Origin: a virus
Lineage: Duplodnaviria > Caudoviricetes
Virus record (IMG/VR): IMGVR_UViG_3300037608_000035
Span: 1-63,971 of that record
Strand: one strand, 5' to 3'
DNA length: 63,971 nucleotides
The notes under the pieces were generated by a model that worked only from the letters and a program-made list of their open reading frames with translations, was not told the DNA's origin and did not search any database. Position numbers and translations under genes: made by a program. Shown here piece after piece: positions 51,201 through 59,189 of the stretch (positions within the stretch are counted from its first letter, which is position 1; each line of letters starts with the position of its first letter).

Positions 51201-54200
51201 CATATACTGTCGATAGAAAACAATTCCTTGACGAGGTTGCAACCCAGGCCGCTGAAGTAAAGCTCCAGGACATTCAGTTGGAATTCGGTCGCTGGCTGTT
51301 TGCTGAAACAGAGCGGGCGGATCAGGCCGTCAAGCGTTTCAATGACATCATCAATACTTCCATCCCAATGAAGGCGGATGGATCTCACCTTACCTTCCCC
51401 GGTAAAAGCATGTGGATGGTGACGCCAAAGGAAAAGGAAGCCCTCGGGATTACTGATGCGCTGACATTCTACCCGCACCAGATGAACGCGACATGGAAAT
51501 ACTTGAAAAACGGAAACCTCTATCTCGGCCATGAAGTCGGGACGGGTAAAACGGTGACGATGGCCCTGATCGCTATGGAGGCGAAAAGACTCCGGGGAAA
51601 GAAAAAGGTCCTTTACGTCACCCTGAATGATTCAACTATGGGGCAGGCGGTCCAGGAGATCAAAAACCTCTACCCGATGGCAAACATCTTGCCCGTGCGT
51701 GTTTCTACCAATGAGCAGCGCAAGCAGAGATCGCTTCAGAAAATCGCCCTGAACGATTTCGACATAGCGATTATGAGACAGCAGGACCTTGACCGGATCG
51801 GCCTGTCGCCGGAATCGGAAAGGGTGTTTATCGAAGAGGAGATCCTGGAGCTGCGGGAAATTCTTGAAGAAGCCAAGAGGGACGGAGCGCGGATTCTGGA
51901 ACAGGACATTCAGGTCCAACTACACGCTCTGGAGGAAAAGCTAAAAGCGCCGAGTGTCCATGACGAAGCAAAAAGAAAGAACCTTTTCTTCGACGACCTG
52001 GGGATCGACCTTATGATCGTGGACGAGGCCCACAAATATAAAAACGTCCCGTATGCCACCCGGCTGACCAGGATCACCGGCCTAAACCCTGTGGGGAGTC
52101 CAACCGCAAAGGCTTTTTTTCGCAAGACACAATACATGAACGCCCAGTTCCCAAAAAAGGACGGGGTCGTCCTGGCGTCCGGGACGGCTTTGTCGAATTC
52201 CATCGCCGAGATGTACAACATCCAGCGGATGCTTCAGCCCCAGGAGGTAAAGAGGCAAGGGGTGTGGTCGTTTGATCGCTGGATTGCCAACTACGGTGAC
52301 ATGGGATCTCAGTTAGAATGGGACGGAGCCCGCGGGCAATACAAGGTCATCACCACGAACCGCCGGATCGTCAATGCGGGGCGGCTCCTGGCTACGGCAT
52401 ATCAGAATGTCGATAGCGTTCGGGCAGACGATACGCCTGTCAAGAGGCCGATTATCCGGGGAGGGGAACCGCAACGGATAAAAGTGCAGCCCAACCAGTA
52501 TGTCGAGGATTACAAACGGATCATCCTGGAACGGTGTGCCGCATTAGAGGCGGACCCGAAAAATGCCGAATATGAGGGCGTCCCCGACAACATGCTCCGT
52601 ATCATCTCCAATATGAGCAAGGTGGCCATCGACCAGCGCCTTGATCACCACTATACCAACACGGAGATGCAGCAGGATTCAAAGATCGCCGCCGCGTCGC
52701 AGATCATGTATCGGCGATGGAAAGAAGAGGCAAAGCACAAGGGCGTTCAGCTTGTCTTCGCAGATCTGGGCATCCCCCGCAAATACGCGGATAAATTCAA
52801 GTATAAGACCGAAGGTGAAATCGCCCTATTAAGCCCTGAAGAATTGATTGTTTACAATGAAGAGATGTTTGAGCACGATGGCGCATCTACGGGGTGGAAT
52901 ACATACGAAGGGTTAAAGAAGGAGCTGGTGAAATTAGGGATTCCCCAAAATCAGATCGCCTTCATTCATGACGCCGACCATACCAACAAAGAAAAGAAGG
53001 CGGCCAATCTTCGCTCCCTCTTCAAGAAAGTCAACGCTGGCGATATTCGTGTCCTGATCGGGTCCACCAGCAAGGCGGGCACAGGGGTCAACATTCAGGG
53101 CCGGGTGTCGGACATTCATCATCTTGATGTGTGGTGGAATTTCTCTGCATGGGAGCAGCGCAACGGGCGTGGCATCCGGGCCGGGAATCTATATGCCAAC
53201 GAGGGGATGCCAGGAACCTATATCTGGAACTATGTCACCGAGACAACGGTGGACGCGACCCGGTGGGACAAAGTCTTTGCCAAGGGGAAGGTGCTCAATG
53301 CCGTCTTGGGCGGAGACATCAACCTCGACATTATCGAGGACATAAGCGACGAGACCATGAGCGCGAAGATGATGGCGGCTGAAGCCTCGGGCGATCCGCT
53401 CATGGCTACCCAGGCTACCTTGCTCCAGCAGGTGCAGGGGCTTCGGTTCGAGCAGGCCGCCCATCTCGACGTTGTTCGACGGTCGAAAATGGACCTGGCC
53501 GCAATCCCCGGGCGGATTGAAGCCTTAGAGAAACGCATAAAAGATTACCAACGCAGCCGCGACATTATGGACAAGGTGACAGCGGTGCGGTTTGTCGGTG
53601 ATGACAGGGCGCTGGTGCTGGAGAAGCACGGCAAGGAGATAGCCGAGGCGCTTGAAAAAGCAATCCTGACCGATCCCGGCTCATGGCCAGAGGATAAAAA
53701 GGCTGCCCTGTTGGTGTTTGGGAGTCACACAGAGCGGGATGTCGTCGAAGAGGTAGAGGATAAGGACGGGGGGAAAAAGGAAAAGAAGGTGAAAAAATAC
53801 GCCTTTACCCCACTTCCCGTCAAGGCCGATATTGAGGGAGCGGAAAGAGATCCCTATGCGCGGTGGCTTAAAATCTCTGGGGGCATCCTGAGCTCTGTCC
53901 GGAAACTGGCCGATATTAAAATTGACAAAGACAAGAAGGCCGAGGTCGATGTCAGGGCCAATATCTCCCGAACAGTGACGGAATATCTCTCACGCCTGGA
54001 TGCGGATGAAACAGCCGCAAAGGAATCCATAGCGGAGCTCAAAGGCAACGAACCGAAATTGGAGAAGGTCATAGACACCCCCTGGGCGAAAGTAGATGAG
54101 CTGGCGACAAAGGACAGGGAGCTGCGTGAGGTAGAGGCGCAGATGGCCGCGAGAGGGGTTAGCGTCGGAGATCCTGAAACCGGCATTCCAATAGATAAAT

Positions 54201-57200
54201 ATAAGGGCATTGTCCCTGTCCTTGAGGATGTGGCGGATAAAGACGAATGGTCGTTTTATGAAGGGATCGGTTACCCGCGACAAAACGCGACGATTGGCAT
54301 CAGCAAGCCGACCGATCTCAGCCGTTTTCTAAAAAGCGGAAAGCTCAAGCCCCGCATAGCATCTCAATATAACGCACCCGACAGCCTGCAAGCCTTGAAT
54401 GGAGGAAAGCCGATAACCCCTGCGACGGGACCGGTTGCCTATACCGTGATCAACAATGAAACCAGGTTTTGGGTCCCCGCCGGAACGACCTTCCTGACCG
54501 TTGATCCGATTCAGTGGAATTTACTGCAAAGGATCATCGGGAAAGAGGGTTCGTGGCATTATAATGATCGAGGCACAGGCGAGCGATATTTTGTCCATGT
54601 CAACGCGACCGGTGGAAGGGACGCATTTATCTGGGCGAAACAGGAGAGGCATGTGCCCCAGGGCGTCAAGGACATTGGTGACAAGGCTGCGAATCGTGCA
54701 ATTGCCCAGGCTTCAATCCAGCAGAGGGGAGTTAGAAGGAACGCCCTCACCTTGGACGCCGTCCAATCCCTCTTCCCCGGGCAGCAGGTCGCACAGGACG
54801 GTGAAAACTTTACCGTCACTCTTAAAAATGGACAATCTGCGACCATATATGGCGTGGCCGCAATCGCCGAGAATTCCATAACCTTAAGGGCGGGATACAG
54901 CCAGGAGAAGTTGGGGCCGAAGGAGTTTATTGCCGGATCGTTTGAGGGGTTTGACGTTCCGGGTTGGGGCATTATCAAGATTGTTAGGGACAACGCAAAT
55001 GCGCCGTTTACCCTATCCCATGAGTCCGTCCATTGGCTTGAAAAGCTGGGGGTCATTGCTCCGGCTGACAAGGTGATCCTGAACGCCCGCATCCAGAAGG
55101 AAGGGAAGTGGGACAAAGATTTGAGCGGAGAAGAGAACCGGGCGAACTGGCTGGCTTCATTCGTGAATGGGCCGAAACCGACACCGAACGCTCTCGCGCA
55201 GCTCTGGCAGAAGATTCAGGACTTTATCGCCCGCCTCGTGGGGATCAGGACCGCCGGGATGATCGGACGGGAGCTCCAGACCGGGAAGATATTCGAGAGG
55301 GAAGCCCAGGGGACAGAAGCCGCCGCGGAGAGTTATGCCGTTGGGGATAGGTTACGCGAATCGGATATTCCAGCGGATGATGTTAAGCCGAAGTTTCTTG
55401 ATATAAAAGGGCCGAACCAGAAGATCGCGAACAAGGCGGCGTTGGTATTCATGTCGTGGCCGAAGACCGTAACAGCGGCAGACGGATCGACCATTCTCCT
55501 AAAAAATCCGGAAGGAGGATCGCTGGCGGACAGGGCGAAACATTTAATTTGGAACGATGACAAAAACGCTCTTCATATCGAGAAAGCAAAATGGTTGCCG
55601 AACGTCCCTGTTACGCTTGAAAATGCGGCGGTGCGTCTTGTTGACAGCAAGTCGGGAAACCGGGTTTATGTCCGGGCTTATCAGGACGGCATCAAACACA
55701 TGGTGGTCGTCAATCCAGAAGGCGCAGTTGTCGAGCAGGAACCATTTGAAGGGGGATTGATTACACACTTCCCATATTTGAGACCGGGACGGCAAGAGAA
55801 TATGAAAATCGACTGGGAGAGAGATGGGCTTGGGCGATCCCAGGAGAACCCCAATCCGACTTCCCCCGTCTCAACGATTCCTGGCTCTCAACGAGGGACA
55901 TTCCGAGGAAAGATACTATCCGAGGAGTCCGAAAAAGTCAAGGGAAAAGAACAATACTCTGTCCAGTCCGCTACCGTCGATAGCACGTCCCTCTTCCCAG
56001 AGGTCGAGGAACGCCTGAAGGCTGCCAAGGGGATCAAGCAGACGCCCATGAAACAGCGCATGAAGGATGCCCTTGTGGTCGGCTGGGATCATTTCACCAG
56101 ACACTTTCAGCACCTTTCGCCCGAAGAGGACGGCGCGGTGATCGACGTGCTCAGGGTGTTTCAGGATGTCCCGGCATGGGCAAAAAATGAAACAACCCAG
56201 AGGCTTTCGCGCTTCGTTGGTAAGCTCTCTCCCAGCGGCCGCGAGGTATTCGGGATGAATATCATTCTGCCCGATATGCTCCGCGACCTCGACAACGGCA
56301 CACTGACCGTGGACGACGAGGGACTCCCCTTTGGATACAAGAGCCGGGATCAGGTCCAGGAAGATTATGATCACTTCAAGGCGCTCGCCGAGGCAAACCC
56401 GGAGATCCTCGAAGCCCTCGAAAAGAGAAACGCCTTCATGGAGGACCTCACGGGCCAGCTCATCGAGCACAAGCTCCTGAAGAAGGACATGGCCAATGAT
56501 CCGGCGGCCTACTTCCATCATCAGGTTCTTTTGTATAAGAACAATGCCGAAAACCCGAATTTCGGCGTGTCCTCTCAGGACGTTCGGACCCACAGGAAGG
56601 GCTGGCAGATCGGCCGCAAGGGTTCCACGCTTGATTACAACACGGAGTATATCGAGGCCGAGTTTGAGGTCATTTCTCAGGCCCTCACCCAGATCGAGAC
56701 GGTCAAGGCTCTGAAAGAGATCGAGCGCCTGTCCGATATTAAGCCGCAGCTTGAAGCCGAGGCCAAGGCTCAGAACATGGCGACCTTCAACCGGAAGGCG
56801 CGTGAAATGGGGCTCGCCGGGATAGAGGACCCGCTGAAACCGTTCATGACGAGGATCGCCTTCGGATTCAGGAAGCTCGCGAACCTTGTTACGTCCGAGG
56901 ACGGGCTCTACGTTCCAGAGGAATTCGACGATGTCATTGAGCATATTGCCGACCAGGAGGAGCAGCGCAAGGCGGCCGAAGAGGACGAAGTGCCTTTCGA
57001 TTACGCTCCTCATCCCCGGATGTTCGCCCTGCTGAACTATCTGATCAACCACGGGGGGCCGGGCTCCATGCCCGCGGCCATGATCTTCAAAGCGATAGCC
57101 GCCCGGAACAAGTTTGTCAAGGATACCGTCGGCAAGGATTGGGTCACATACCGGGATCTGGTCCCCGAAGGGTACACGACCCACAAGCCGGAAGTGGGCT

Positions 57201-58987
57201 CTACCTTTTACTTTGCGAACTCCATAACAGATCAGGCCATTTCTCAAGTGCTGGCTGGCAATAAGACCCTGCCGGACGCCGTAAGGCAAGTGCTGGCCAG
57301 GGGCAAGGATGCCGAGTGGGTCATCAAAGAAGGACTCGCCATGACCCTTAACGAATTCCGGCCGAAGGTAGGCGACTCTCTCCCGGCGAGTATTTCAAAG
57401 GATGTGCTGACGACATGGAAGCAATGGATTCTTATGAATCCCTTCCGGGTCATCAAATACAACATCAACAATATGTCCGGCGACCTGGACATCGCAATGG
57501 CCTATGACCCGAAGATCATCACGGGGTACTTCTGGCAAGCCTTCAAGGATTTGTGGGCGACTTTCCGGGGGAAGGGCACAGAGACCCTTTCAGACGAAAT
57601 GTCCGACCTGATCAAGCGCGGCGTCATCAATACCGGCATGACCCAGATGGACATTCCCGATCTGAATAACGTAAAGGCTGTCGGCGATCTCGTTGATTTC
57701 TTTGACGGGAAGAGCAAAAACGCCCTGTCCCGCTGGTACGCGATGAACAAGAAGCTCTCCACGCTGCGGGAAAACATCCTCCGGTTGGCAGCGTACAGAT
57801 ATTTCATGGACAAGCTCAACGCTGGCGAGATCGTTTACGGGGCTTCCCGAAAGGCCGAGCTGGACGCTGTCGAAAACATCAACGCCAAGGCGGCAAAGCT
57901 GGCCCGCGAGCTGATCGGCGACTACGGCAATATCAGCCATGCCGGGCAGTATATCCGGGAGCGGATAGTGCCCTTCTTTTCATGGATCGAGATCAACGCC
58001 CCCCGATACGTCCGGCTTTTCAGAAACCTTCAGCACGAGGGCGGCGGGGCGGCTTTCACCGGAGTCATGGCATGGAAGGCGGCCAAGCTGGGGGCCAAGG
58101 CAATGGCGCTGATGACGCTGGTCATGCTGTGGAACGCGACATTTTTCCCAGACGAGGAAGATGAGCTGGGCGAGACCGGCCGGGAGCAGCTTCACCTGAT
58201 CCTTGGCCGAAGGGCCGACGGCTCGATCATAACCCTGCGCTTCCAAGGTGCCCTCTCTGATGCGCTCCAGTGGTTCGGGATGGAGAACCCTCTTGAACAG
58301 TACCGGGCGGTAAAGTCAGGGCGCAAGGGGGCTGTCGATATGACAAAGGATGTAGCCTTTTCGGGGATGAAGAAGCTGTTTCAGGGGATCAGGCCGGAGC
58401 CGAAGCTGGTTTATGAAGTGCTTTCGGGCCAGAGCTTCTTCCCCGACCCCATGCACCCACGCCCGATTAGGGATACTGCCGAGCATATCCTTCGGACCTT
58501 TTCTCTCGACCGGATTTACAACCGGGTTGCGGGGAAGCCGAAGGCGGGCGGGACGTGGGAGACCCAGCTCACCAGAGACATTATGAGCATGGTTGTGGCC
58601 GAGGCCGATCCCGGAGAGCAGGCTTACTATACCAGCCGCAAGTATATTTTCGACTGGCTGGACAAGAATAACAAGGAGAAGCCCGTCGCGCTGCCTACGA
58701 ACCGGAGCAACGCCCTCTACTATTACAAGCAAGCTCTGAAGTTCGGTGACTTCGATTCGGCTGCGAAATACCTGAAGCGGTATCAGGACCTTGGCGGTCA
58801 GATGCGCGACGTTGTCGCGAGCGTCAAGCGGGTTCATCCATTGTCCTCGCTGAAGCTGTCGGACCGGTACAAGTTTAGGCAGACATTAACTCCGGAGCAG
58901 AAACAGACGCTGGAAGTGGCGACCGCCTGGTATAAGAAGCATTATCTTGAAAGCTACGTCGAGCAAAAGAAGAGGGGGGCGATGTAG
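42242..58987 (+). CDS. Giant DarB-like polyvalent virion protein (LPD1-like zincin, N6-adenine methyltransferase, SNF2 helicase, second HExxH, PBECR-like nuclease, LPD38-like C-terminus)
   Basis: AHEWGH (~47890), YSGWGG, VLDPATGANG (~49415), NVPF (~49620), HEVGTGKT (~51530), DEAH (~52022), QRNGRGIR, HESVH (~55020); AAGGAG RBS. Confidence 0.88.
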   Translation: MDETTRSPMTVSKSFFEDITKDVPSPVSKDFLDAISAPSEPAPAPAASARYEMAAPGDIAEAVGSVLEVPFRAPLQIAGSVASAIRGGDKAAIADKDSFLTKIIDTANKDAEEYQQKYANNRVVLAPLSLLGAPDDITTQTLTRFPQQAAFSAVSAGAGLAAGLGTAAATTLAGAPLAAPFTGRAAGMAASGGAAYRMQKDNSAKELFEKLNESSMKAAGRAMTPEEWSTAYDRNEGHLIEQGISEAIPEAIGNLLGFELFFGVAKNVFGKQLAKSVIGKSLDKYGAAAVGKFMAIQAEEQLTETWTQQWQHNIDVEMGLKPGETKRSWTSFDDLAQSNKEVFADIFLLTAVMGGGAHVTGRVMDKVNENKAAQLVKDTVKENKLESIPNEFLPSIYQHALDLSTKRPADKDLATASEAFTKEMDRRGIDYDMTAKFSEYLKLDEKIRGDESTGEDVAKWASLRDEFKEKNISPDLYKGYLEYQADINKARKLYGKESEPERKEFNRLVDRIAAKAQWLGLPEEALDKTGIEKGGVVRKPLEPKKGAARDILTEGEPAVRKNLVTAKDILTEGDINIQSEEDLTPENLAAIDKKLEIAGTGGKRGPEGGGDVFSRMPDDTLRGMADQGVAGAKAELKRRAAAPDDKVLDLTGAPGTEKPADLLPSIVAGESDSFEFPEHFTPQDMGDLWDDLYTASEEIAQRNKPKIDALKEERKKLGRDEAAKARKKAIDEEIGTLESESQFVSYHAENAFQAAHDKVTKAVVAGLKKEGIELSEDEITDLPDTITMLQDGRQNPEGWNKPLIQQAVEYIKGEREEGAPRGAEKSAKQESDEAVAKYRKEGHDINDNGVYNNPEKIVVPFSKAAKRTGEIKIAAAPDGFHLGVSIHKNYGDSEGMGYAPAIGQQIYATRDEAIKAGIAVIKGRTKDVDPQGKAAIKDIENFEKGLPKEIKAAGTGGKRGPTEKVEEKKKETKPEEKEADGKAAKAKEEAEAKAKEEEKKARAVKKYLLEHIDEAIETRRAYEKKGMYEGEESPMYVIIDVPLDGKFKILNTVEYLENFKKKVAQLKVTAALNKLPQHSGKPVGKSTDQITKEAEAEVKSYWDKRAEIKERYESIPDQISAAEKRVAKYQEIIRQLDNKEITLKQLGERAKAASDADNADTDAWRDSWFGKTPTYNDVTERLRNIEKQVRELKESGPEIEAQMKELFPGLWKEMFGEGAAKTTPEIPPHSVTKVKSAQVGDNYIATVSEGPHKGVIGTSPHSKEQAVDDMMRAIKRREETGTKNLPDEEEIKAAGTGGKRGPVGEAEPRTPRVMGREAFLSGDQRVAPAGLDAENKKEWYRGWDAANLETPETKADILKEISEISDDELDALLDMPEKKETPPKTTNEAVKNIFAAARDKQKGNIPSAQPKALDDILADVAKEGVEGAGEALKGLYELFGGASLKSFPGGFDEDTYLKAKPHFEAALDHFIKVGKGLREFAATIVVQFGDAIRPYLKQFLKDRRDGVTEEKADEEGEVIDLDENTGKGEGGARTRRKLTDQEKAEKKAKEEAAEEKKARKAAMGEFKNVGYVYDPEKLNQKIKDKPPKSAAKIILDEMVPGKLWAIDFPEGATPGVVRVKDQIQKYLLTFKEHLAEDRDRLRYVSGKTIEDKIEHWLRFRDGSIDMLKEWASDYGKTIQPFIDCFNGQASITNVIFRLQDTVLFGARKEDGTFPSYGDRPNNFHGIVTNRNYVDRPHSLYTFLTDSWQRLLADENDILLSEIDINKRGRNKMVVRSGLPDYREGVELKKTEDFQAPFGFKGVGFGEEGWINQEERNRVIPAAYDAFKDLAATIGAPDNGMSLGGDLAVQFANLGHKAKGAAAAYFPTVQTINFTRDNGDGTMAHEWGHGLHDLASADAKAEINAVIETFYHVYDFDAGTRLVDDLLAKDSMFLKRMVSNKKQVRIEAVKNEVTDRFEDTVRKKTDYYNTAVQMDADYTARKQEMWARAFEAYIYDTLPGKNNYLVNDFVAAGRVGGKAGVGTRLVYPAGKERETFNATIKHLLDGLVWDESGKPSLKDDYVPIEKAHELLLQLQLRYLLEQVEARYTAIWASEPSKDGYFWYRYDETSFGPMMQPDGYEGYDKAFTSEGQNGSGAVCYLTQLHPDDILDYKLTNIQYEGENPTYISKERGGINGGLSSEGEEALEGETAKPDRSPDEEGDIRSGDREGGEDGEGGTFVPGKQRGAVQRGDGDSAEGVHTSPAGNYRITDPTLNDPKSVPVRFSLNLSAVKLLNLIESEDRLASSGTVSFGEAPPGGWTEADKVPENQRTIKASINEKDILAQYSGWGGMSELFAYEPTAAWAGKAELLKAELTDAELRDAASSSTSSYYTPVPVGQFMWKLAQRLGFTNGVVLDPATGANGLFLGTMPADLAHGTALQGIEMDTLSARIASKLYGLASIENKAFQDVKKPNNRYDLTITNVPFERITPTDLKHNKGGHSLHNYFINKMLNLTAPGALSMMITTSNTLDTVGAHLTEYAEKAHFVGAIRLPSGIYSATKVATDILVFRKKIEGGKFTGIPVEEWTTAGEDESTGLTINNYFLKHPEMVAGKLEKITGRFGNEGLRVVGEGDLQANLERIAAAFPDKIVEREAVKEARSIDDIISAPGTVKEGGAYINDKGEVCEKIDGEEVKLPVATASEQKKAAIARGYVNILDQVRATLRAQKTETDDAVVKAEQAKLKKYYDHFVKKFGPVNDPKNHDVYVDYTDSAWVIALEEYDPDTGKVTKIADIFTKNITGIASRPNSADTDHDALAMALDEFGYPNLEYMARLRNSDVESVARGVADKIIENPETGFLETMDEYLSGNVKRKLAVARDMAQSNPEYARNVSLLEAAQPPEIPQHRITARIGASWISPEHLAEFVGDKMGLRNLHAVFNFSPVSNEWSMSFRGKEQYRGYSKGFGENKAEVQRQIAAAKRSIEATTVWGTERMDFFELMKCALMGKRPQVTYTVDRKQFLDEVATQAAEVKLQDIQLEFGRWLFAETERADQAVKRFNDIINTSIPMKADGSHLTFPGKSMWMVTPKEKEALGITDALTFYPHQMNATWKYLKNGNLYLGHEVGTGKTVTMALIAMEAKRLRGKKKVLYVTLNDSTMGQAVQEIKNLYPMANILPVRVSTNEQRKQRSLQKIALNDFDIAIMRQQDLDRIGLSPESERVFIEEEILELREILEEAKRDGARILEQDIQVQLHALEEKLKAPSVHDEAKRKNLFFDDLGIDLMIVDEAHKYKNVPYATRLTRITGLNPVGSPTAKAFFRKTQYMNAQFPKKDGVVLASGTALSNSIAEMYNIQRMLQPQEVKRQGVWSFDRWIANYGDMGSQLEWDGARGQYKVITTNRRIVNAGRLLATAYQNVDSVRADDTPVKRPIIRGGEPQRIKVQPNQYVEDYKRIILERCAALEADPKNAEYEGVPDNMLRIISNMSKVAIDQRLDHHYTNTEMQQDSKIAAASQIMYRRWKEEAKHKGVQLVFADLGIPRKYADKFKYKTEGEIALLSPEELIVYNEEMFEHDGASTGWNTYEGLKKELVKLGIPQNQIAFIHDADHTNKEKKAANLRSLFKKVNAGDIRVLIGSTSKAGTGVNIQGRVSDIHHLDVWWNFSAWEQRNGRGIRAGNLYANEGMPGTYIWNYVTETTVDATRWDKVFAKGKVLNAVLGGDINLDIIEDISDETMSAKMMAAEASGDPLMATQATLLQQVQGLRFEQAAHLDVVRRSKMDLAAIPGRIEALEKRIKDYQRSRDIMDKVTAVRFVGDDRALVLEKHGKEIAEALEKAILTDPGSWPEDKKAALLVFGSHTERDVVEEVEDKDGGKKEKKVKKYAFTPLPVKADIEGAERDPYARWLKISGGILSSVRKLADIKIDKDKKAEVDVRANISRTVTEYLSRLDADETAAKESIAELKGNEPKLEKVIDTPWAKVDELATKDRELREVEAQMAARGVSVGDPETGIPIDKYKGIVPVLEDVADKDEWSFYEGIGYPRQNATIGISKPTDLSRFLKSGKLKPRIASQYNAPDSLQALNGGKPITPATGPVAYTVINNETRFWVPAGTTFLTVDPIQWNLLQRIIGKEGSWHYNDRGTGERYFVHVNATGGRDAFIWAKQERHVPQGVKDIGDKAANRAIAQASIQQRGVRRNALTLDAVQSLFPGQQVAQDGENFTVTLKNGQSATIYGVAAIAENSITLRAGYSQEKLGPKEFIAGSFEGFDVPGWGIIKIVRDNANAPFTLSHESVHWLEKLGVIAPADKVILNARIQKEGKWDKDLSGEENRANWLASFVNGPKPTPNALAQLWQKIQDFIARLVGIRTAGMIGRELQTGKIFEREAQGTEAAAESYAVGDRLRESDIPADDVKPKFLDIKGPNQKIANKAALVFMSWPKTVTAADGSTILLKNPEGGSLADRAKHLIWNDDKNALHIEKAKWLPNVPVTLENAAVRLVDSKSGNRVYVRAYQDGIKHMVVVNPEGAVVEQEPFEGGLITHFPYLRPGRQENMKIDWERDGLGRSQENPNPTSPVSTIPGSQRGTFRGKILSEESEKVKGKEQYSVQSATVDSTSLFPEVEERLKAAKGIKQTPMKQRMKDALVVGWDHFTRHFQHLSPEEDGAVIDVLRVFQDVPAWAKNETTQRLSRFVGKLSPSGREVFGMNIILPDMLRDLDNGTLTVDDEGLPFGYKSRDQVQEDYDHFKALAEANPEILEALEKRNAFMEDLTGQLIEHKLLKKDMANDPAAYFHHQVLLYKNNAENPNFGVSSQDVRTHRKGWQIGRKGSTLDYNTEYIEAEFEVISQALTQIETVKALKEIERLSDIKPQLEAEAKAQNMATFNRKAREMGLAGIEDPLKPFMTRIAFGFRKLANLVTSEDGLYVPEEFDDVIEHIADQEEQRKAAEEDEVPFDYAPHPRMFALLNYLINHGGPGSMPAAMIFKAIAARNKFVKDTVGKDWVTYRDLVPEGYTTHKPEVGSTFYFANSITDQAISQVLAGNKTLPDAVRQVLARGKDAEWVIKEGLAMTLNEFRPKVGDSLPASISKDVLTTWKQWILMNPFRVIKYNINNMSGDLDIAMAYDPKIITGYFWQAFKDLWATFRGKGTETLSDEMSDLIKRGVINTGMTQMDIPDLNNVKAVGDLVDFFDGKSKNALSRWYAMNKKLSTLRENILRLAAYRYFMDKLNAGEIVYGASRKAELDAVENINAKAAKLARELIGDYGNISHAGQYIRERIVPFFSWIEINAPRYVRLFRNLQHEGGGAAFTGVMAWKAAKLGAKAMALMTLVMLWNATFFPDEEDELGETGREQLHLILGRRADGSIITLRFQGALSDALQWFGMENPLEQYRAVKSGRKGAVDMTKDVAFSGMKKLFQGIRPEPKLVYEVLSGQSFFPDPMHPRPIRDTAEHILRTFSLDRIYNRVAGKPKAGGTWETQLTRDIMSMVVAEADPGEQAYYTSRKYIFDWLDKNNKEKPVALPTNRSNALYYYKQALKFGDFDSAAKYLKRYQDLGGQMRDVVASVKRVHPLSSLKLSDRYKFRQTLTPEQKQTLEVATAWYKKHYLESYVEQKKRGAM
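48759..48983 (+). CDS. Nested +1-frame gene, TnpV-like 74-aa helical protein
   Basis: AGGAAAGGGGTGG RBS; HWKEKLP...L..KGTF...AMEIVLKEYILLPPE; G/C-ending codons while the host frame is a G/E/D linker. Confidence 0.7.
   Translation: MGVFQAKAKKHWKEKLPSLTAALMKKGTFDQETERAAKMAKAELSSLVNRGAQYNAAMEIVLKEYILLPPETTE
55818..55905 (-). ncRNA. Candidate structured small RNA (two hairpins with complementary loops)
   Basis: UCCCUCGUU/GACGGGGGA stem; UUGGG/CCCAA stem; loops CCAGGA and UCCUGG complementary; starts just downstream of the antisense promoter. Confidence 0.5.
55913..55941 (-). promoter_or_regulatory. Antisense sigma70 promoter inside the giant gene
   Basis: Minus strand TTGACT(55941-55936)-17bp-TAGTAT(55918-55913). 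Confidence 0.65.
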
Positions 58988-59100
58988 ATGGGTGTACCTT
59001 GTGGGTGTACTTTTCTTTCATAAAGGGGTCAAAAGAAGGTAAAAAGTGCACCCATAGCTTGTCAAAGTAGTTGATTTTATATGATAGTGTGCGTCGGTTG

Positions 59101-59150
59101 CTACCTTCACACGGTAGAAGTCACTGGTTCAATCCCAGTACCGCCTACCA
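59101..59150 (+). other. attP core: 3' half of tRNA-Val(CAC)
   Basis: CTACC-TTCACAC-GGTAG anticodon arm, ACTGG-TTCAATC-CCAGT T-arm, acceptor 3' strand ending CCA; no 5' half; next to integrase. Confidence 0.88.
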
Positions 59151-59158
59151 ACAATAAC

Positions 59159-59189
59159 AAGGGGTTGCGGGTCATACCGCGGCCCCTTT
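59159..59189 (+). terminator. Hairpin terminator downstream of the reconstituted tRNA
   Basis: AAGGGGTTGCGG...CCGCGGCCCCTTT inverted repeat. Confidence 0.6.

Noticed and set aside
55916-57289. Long antisense ORFs (also 50255-51532, 32059-33327, 12831-13757, 47489-48442)
   Set aside because: They are shadow ORFs of strongly codon-biased sense genes, with no RBS or recognisable motifs.
59101-59150. Functional phage tRNA gene
   Set aside because: The 5' acceptor strand and D-arm are missing; it is an attP core.
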